Shown here: positions 61,861-64,000 of the stretch, in pieces | How the letters are laid out: each line of letters starts with the position of its first letter | How positions within the stretch are numbered: the stretch's first letter is position 1 | From: Rhodosorus marinus CCMP1338 | Taxonomy: Eukaryota > Plantae > Rhodophyta | Assembly: GCA_029953675.1 (NCBI GenBank) | Contig: JAMWBK010000010.1 | Location: forward strand, 124,001 to 188,000 | Direction: 5' to 3' | Length of the DNA: 64,000 nt | Translations under genes and position numbers: made by a program | Notes under the pieces: model-generated | What the model was told of the DNA's origin: nothing | What the model saw: the letters and a program-made list of their open reading frames with translations, nothing else | Databases searched by the model: none

Positions 61861-62893
61861 TTGAGATGCTTCTGGTTAAGACATGAGGTCGGGTGACGTT
61901 AGTCTGGGGTTACTAGAAGAGTCGATCTCGTAGCTCTGGAGATCAGATCGGAGGACCTTTTTTTCGAGTCGCACTATCAGTAGCAGCGCATTTCGCTTAA
62001 ACCACCAGAGCAATCCGCCTCGGGAGTATCGAGAGTTCCCAGGTGGAAGGGAAGCAAAATAGCGAAAAAAGGCTGTTCAGCTTTGGCACTAAGCATCTTG
62101 CTTTTTTGCAGAACAGGATTCATTCAAAACTTCTGTTAACGTTTACCAACTGATAATCATCCGCAGGGAATAGACTCACACCAGTCCGGCACCACATCTC
62201 CTCCAATCGCTATGGCTTAACCCCCCAGGTTTCTTTCCAAAATATAACAGTACCGAATAGTATTCAGTATTTTGTAAAAGTACGAGAGCTCTGAGCTCAG
62301 TTTCCATCGGCTGGTTTAGAGCTTTTGAGATGTGCAAGTAGGTTAGCTAGCAGCTACCTGAGCTATCCTAGTTCATCTTCGAAGGCAATGATTAAGCCAG
62401 AGATACTAGTTGCTCATTCCTAAACTCTAGGATGTAGGCGGCGTAGCAGGATCAAGATTTTCTCTCGATCGTCGCACTATCGCTAGTGATTCCCTCCACA
62501 ATTGTGGAAGGAGGTGACATATCTTAAGAGCTACTCTTTAAGTGGTAAGGCGGATGTGACAGATGTAGAGACTTTATTGGAGTTCGGAGCCCGAATTAAA
62601 CATGGCAACATTTATCGTTATACAACTCTGTACTATTTGAAGAGGAAGAGCTGATGAGCAAGCAGTGAGCTCAAGGTCATAGGCTGGGTTTCTTCTTATC
62701 TCATGTGTCTGAGGACCTGAGTGAGGTACATTGGATTTGGAGAGATCTGAGGTCGTTCTGGATGAGGACGGTCGCGTGAAAGGCTTCTACGCATTGGACC
62801 AGATGTTAGACCGACTCTTTATTTGACGCCAAGTGAAGTTGTTCAGAGGCTCAATTCTGGACTTGGACAAGTCTTGAGTTAAAAAAAATCTAA

Positions 62894-63217
62894 ATGAGCA
62901 TCATGAGCATTTCGCTACTTTCTATTTCGAGTTTGCTGCTGTTGTGTTTTGTCCTTGCGGAATCTGTATGTGAAAGTGGTATAGGGGGGACATGTGATGC
63001 TGGCAACGGCGAAGAAGCTCTGAAAGTGACATACATAGTGTTGCTAAAGGCAGGAGTCGATATTGAAGAGGCTGCCAAGAGGTGTGACGCCGTTGTGGAC
63101 ATGAAGCTGCCCAACCTCGGCGGCTTCGTGGCAAAGCTTTCTGAAGAGCAAGTAGACTGTTTGAGACCAGACACCGACGTTTTCGAAAAAGATGGCCCGA
63201 TATGGGCCGCCAAGTAG
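62894..63217 (+). CDS. Secreted stand-alone peptidase inhibitor I9 (subtilisin-propeptide-like) protein
   Basis: Hydrophobic signal peptide, then TYIVLLK...GGFVAKLSEEQVDCL...VFEKDGPI. 107 aa, with no catalytic domain following. Confidence 0.72.
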   Translation: MSIMSISLLSISSLLLLCFVLAESVCESGIGGTCDAGNGEEALKVTYIVLLKAGVDIEEAAKRCDAVVDMKLPNLGGFVAKLSEEQVDCLRPDTDVFEKDGPIWAAK

Positions 63218-63919
63218 GCATCGCTCTTTGCCAGTGAATGTACGATATTGCTTAAGCAGATCTGCAGAGACCTCGGCAGAGATTCTTATGACCCTATTCA
63301 ACTACTTATCAAGCCAAAACCTCGTTATAACCCCCACAGTCCAGCTTAACTTACCTAGCTCTTTAGGAGCACTACTCTTTTTAGCTGTCCTCCTCGCGCT
63401 GGCTGGCTGAAGTGAAGCTCTTCTAGACCGGCCTGGAGATTGCACGTTCACCTCGTTTCAGAACGTTCTCTCCTAGTCCGGCTTCAGGCACCCAAATGTA
63501 CAGCTCCGAGCAAGGTGGCGGTCTGCCGGTTGATATTGAAGACTAGTAAATCGAATGAAGAGAGATTTGGTTGACCTAGTGTGGTTTCCTCCTAATCATG
63601 CTTGAACCTTTATCAAGTCCAAAGAGTCGTCGATTGGGTGAGGTCATAGAAGCTATTTCGCGAAGGTCGAGGGGGAAGGGGATCTCTCAATGATCGGAGG
63701 TTTCAACAACCCGTCGGAGAATACCACAAGAAGTTGAAACTTCTCTGAATGTAAGGACGAGAGGTTTTGGATGAAGCTCTCCATGAGAGTCTTGCTGCTG
63801 ATCTGTGTGCTGGTGTGTTTGAGGAAGGCGGTGGTTGGGGTTTGAGAGACTGGAGTGGATTGGAACTGGAGCTCGTTTGTTCTTTTTGGTTTTTGTTTTT
63901 TTTGATTTGGTGATGTAGG

Positions 63920-64000
63920 ATGGCGTTTTTGAAGAAGGCGTTAAAAACTGCCGAGAGTATTTTGGACCAAGTGGATGAAGGCGTGGTTAAGGGGTCGAGG
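63920..64000 (+). CDS. Start of a golgin-84 (GOLGA5)-like protein, 3'-partial
   Basis: MAFLKKALKTAESILDQVD resembles the golgin-84 N-terminal motif (K.AE.+L..+D). Only 27 codons are visible. Confidence 0.55.
   Translation, partial: MAFLKKALKTAESILDQVDEGVVKGSR

Noticed and set aside
1-64000. tRNA, rRNA, snRNA genes and telomeric repeats; antisense shadow ORFs (e.g. 28980-30100, 35818-37116, 47098-47985)
   Set aside because: No canonical T-loop/D-loop, rRNA or U-snRNA motifs were seen. The shadow ORFs are opposite-strand or alternative-frame by-products of the real genes.

Overview
This is eukaryotic nuclear DNA, not prokaryotic: it is compact and gene-dense, with short GT-AG introns of about 45-130 nt. 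It most likely comes from a red alga. Plastid proteins carry rhodophyte-style Phe-containing N-termini ([25 protein letters not shown]), and there is a CCB4-type cytochrome b6 maturation factor and a glucan phosphatase with no transit peptide. About 24 protein genes can be supported. They include an ICL/PEP-mutase family enzyme, PSMD9, a CCT protein, PRORP, an APC15-like protein, an SBBP beta-propeller membrane protein, BIO2, a GDP-sugar transporter, NSF, AIR1-like, LMW-PTP-like, plastid LPD, a PPR protein, Mpv17, nicastrin, GPR1/FUN34/SatP, a CBM48-CBM20-DSP phosphatase, CCB4, a Nudix hydrolase, a degenerate D-LDH-like protein, a free I9 inhibitor and the start of golgin-84. An accessory island at 16.1-20.7 kb holds three things: a ~142-bp tandem array, two decayed CRE-type (RLE) non-LTR retrotransposon ends, and a Ty1/copia gag-pol remnant. 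The elements have been scrambled by local inversions and by 30-130 bp templated copies that create fold-back hairpins. A similar young inverted copy (89/90 nt) affects the host gene BIO2. Exon boundaries and protein families were assigned by eye from splice signals and remembered motifs; no database search was run.
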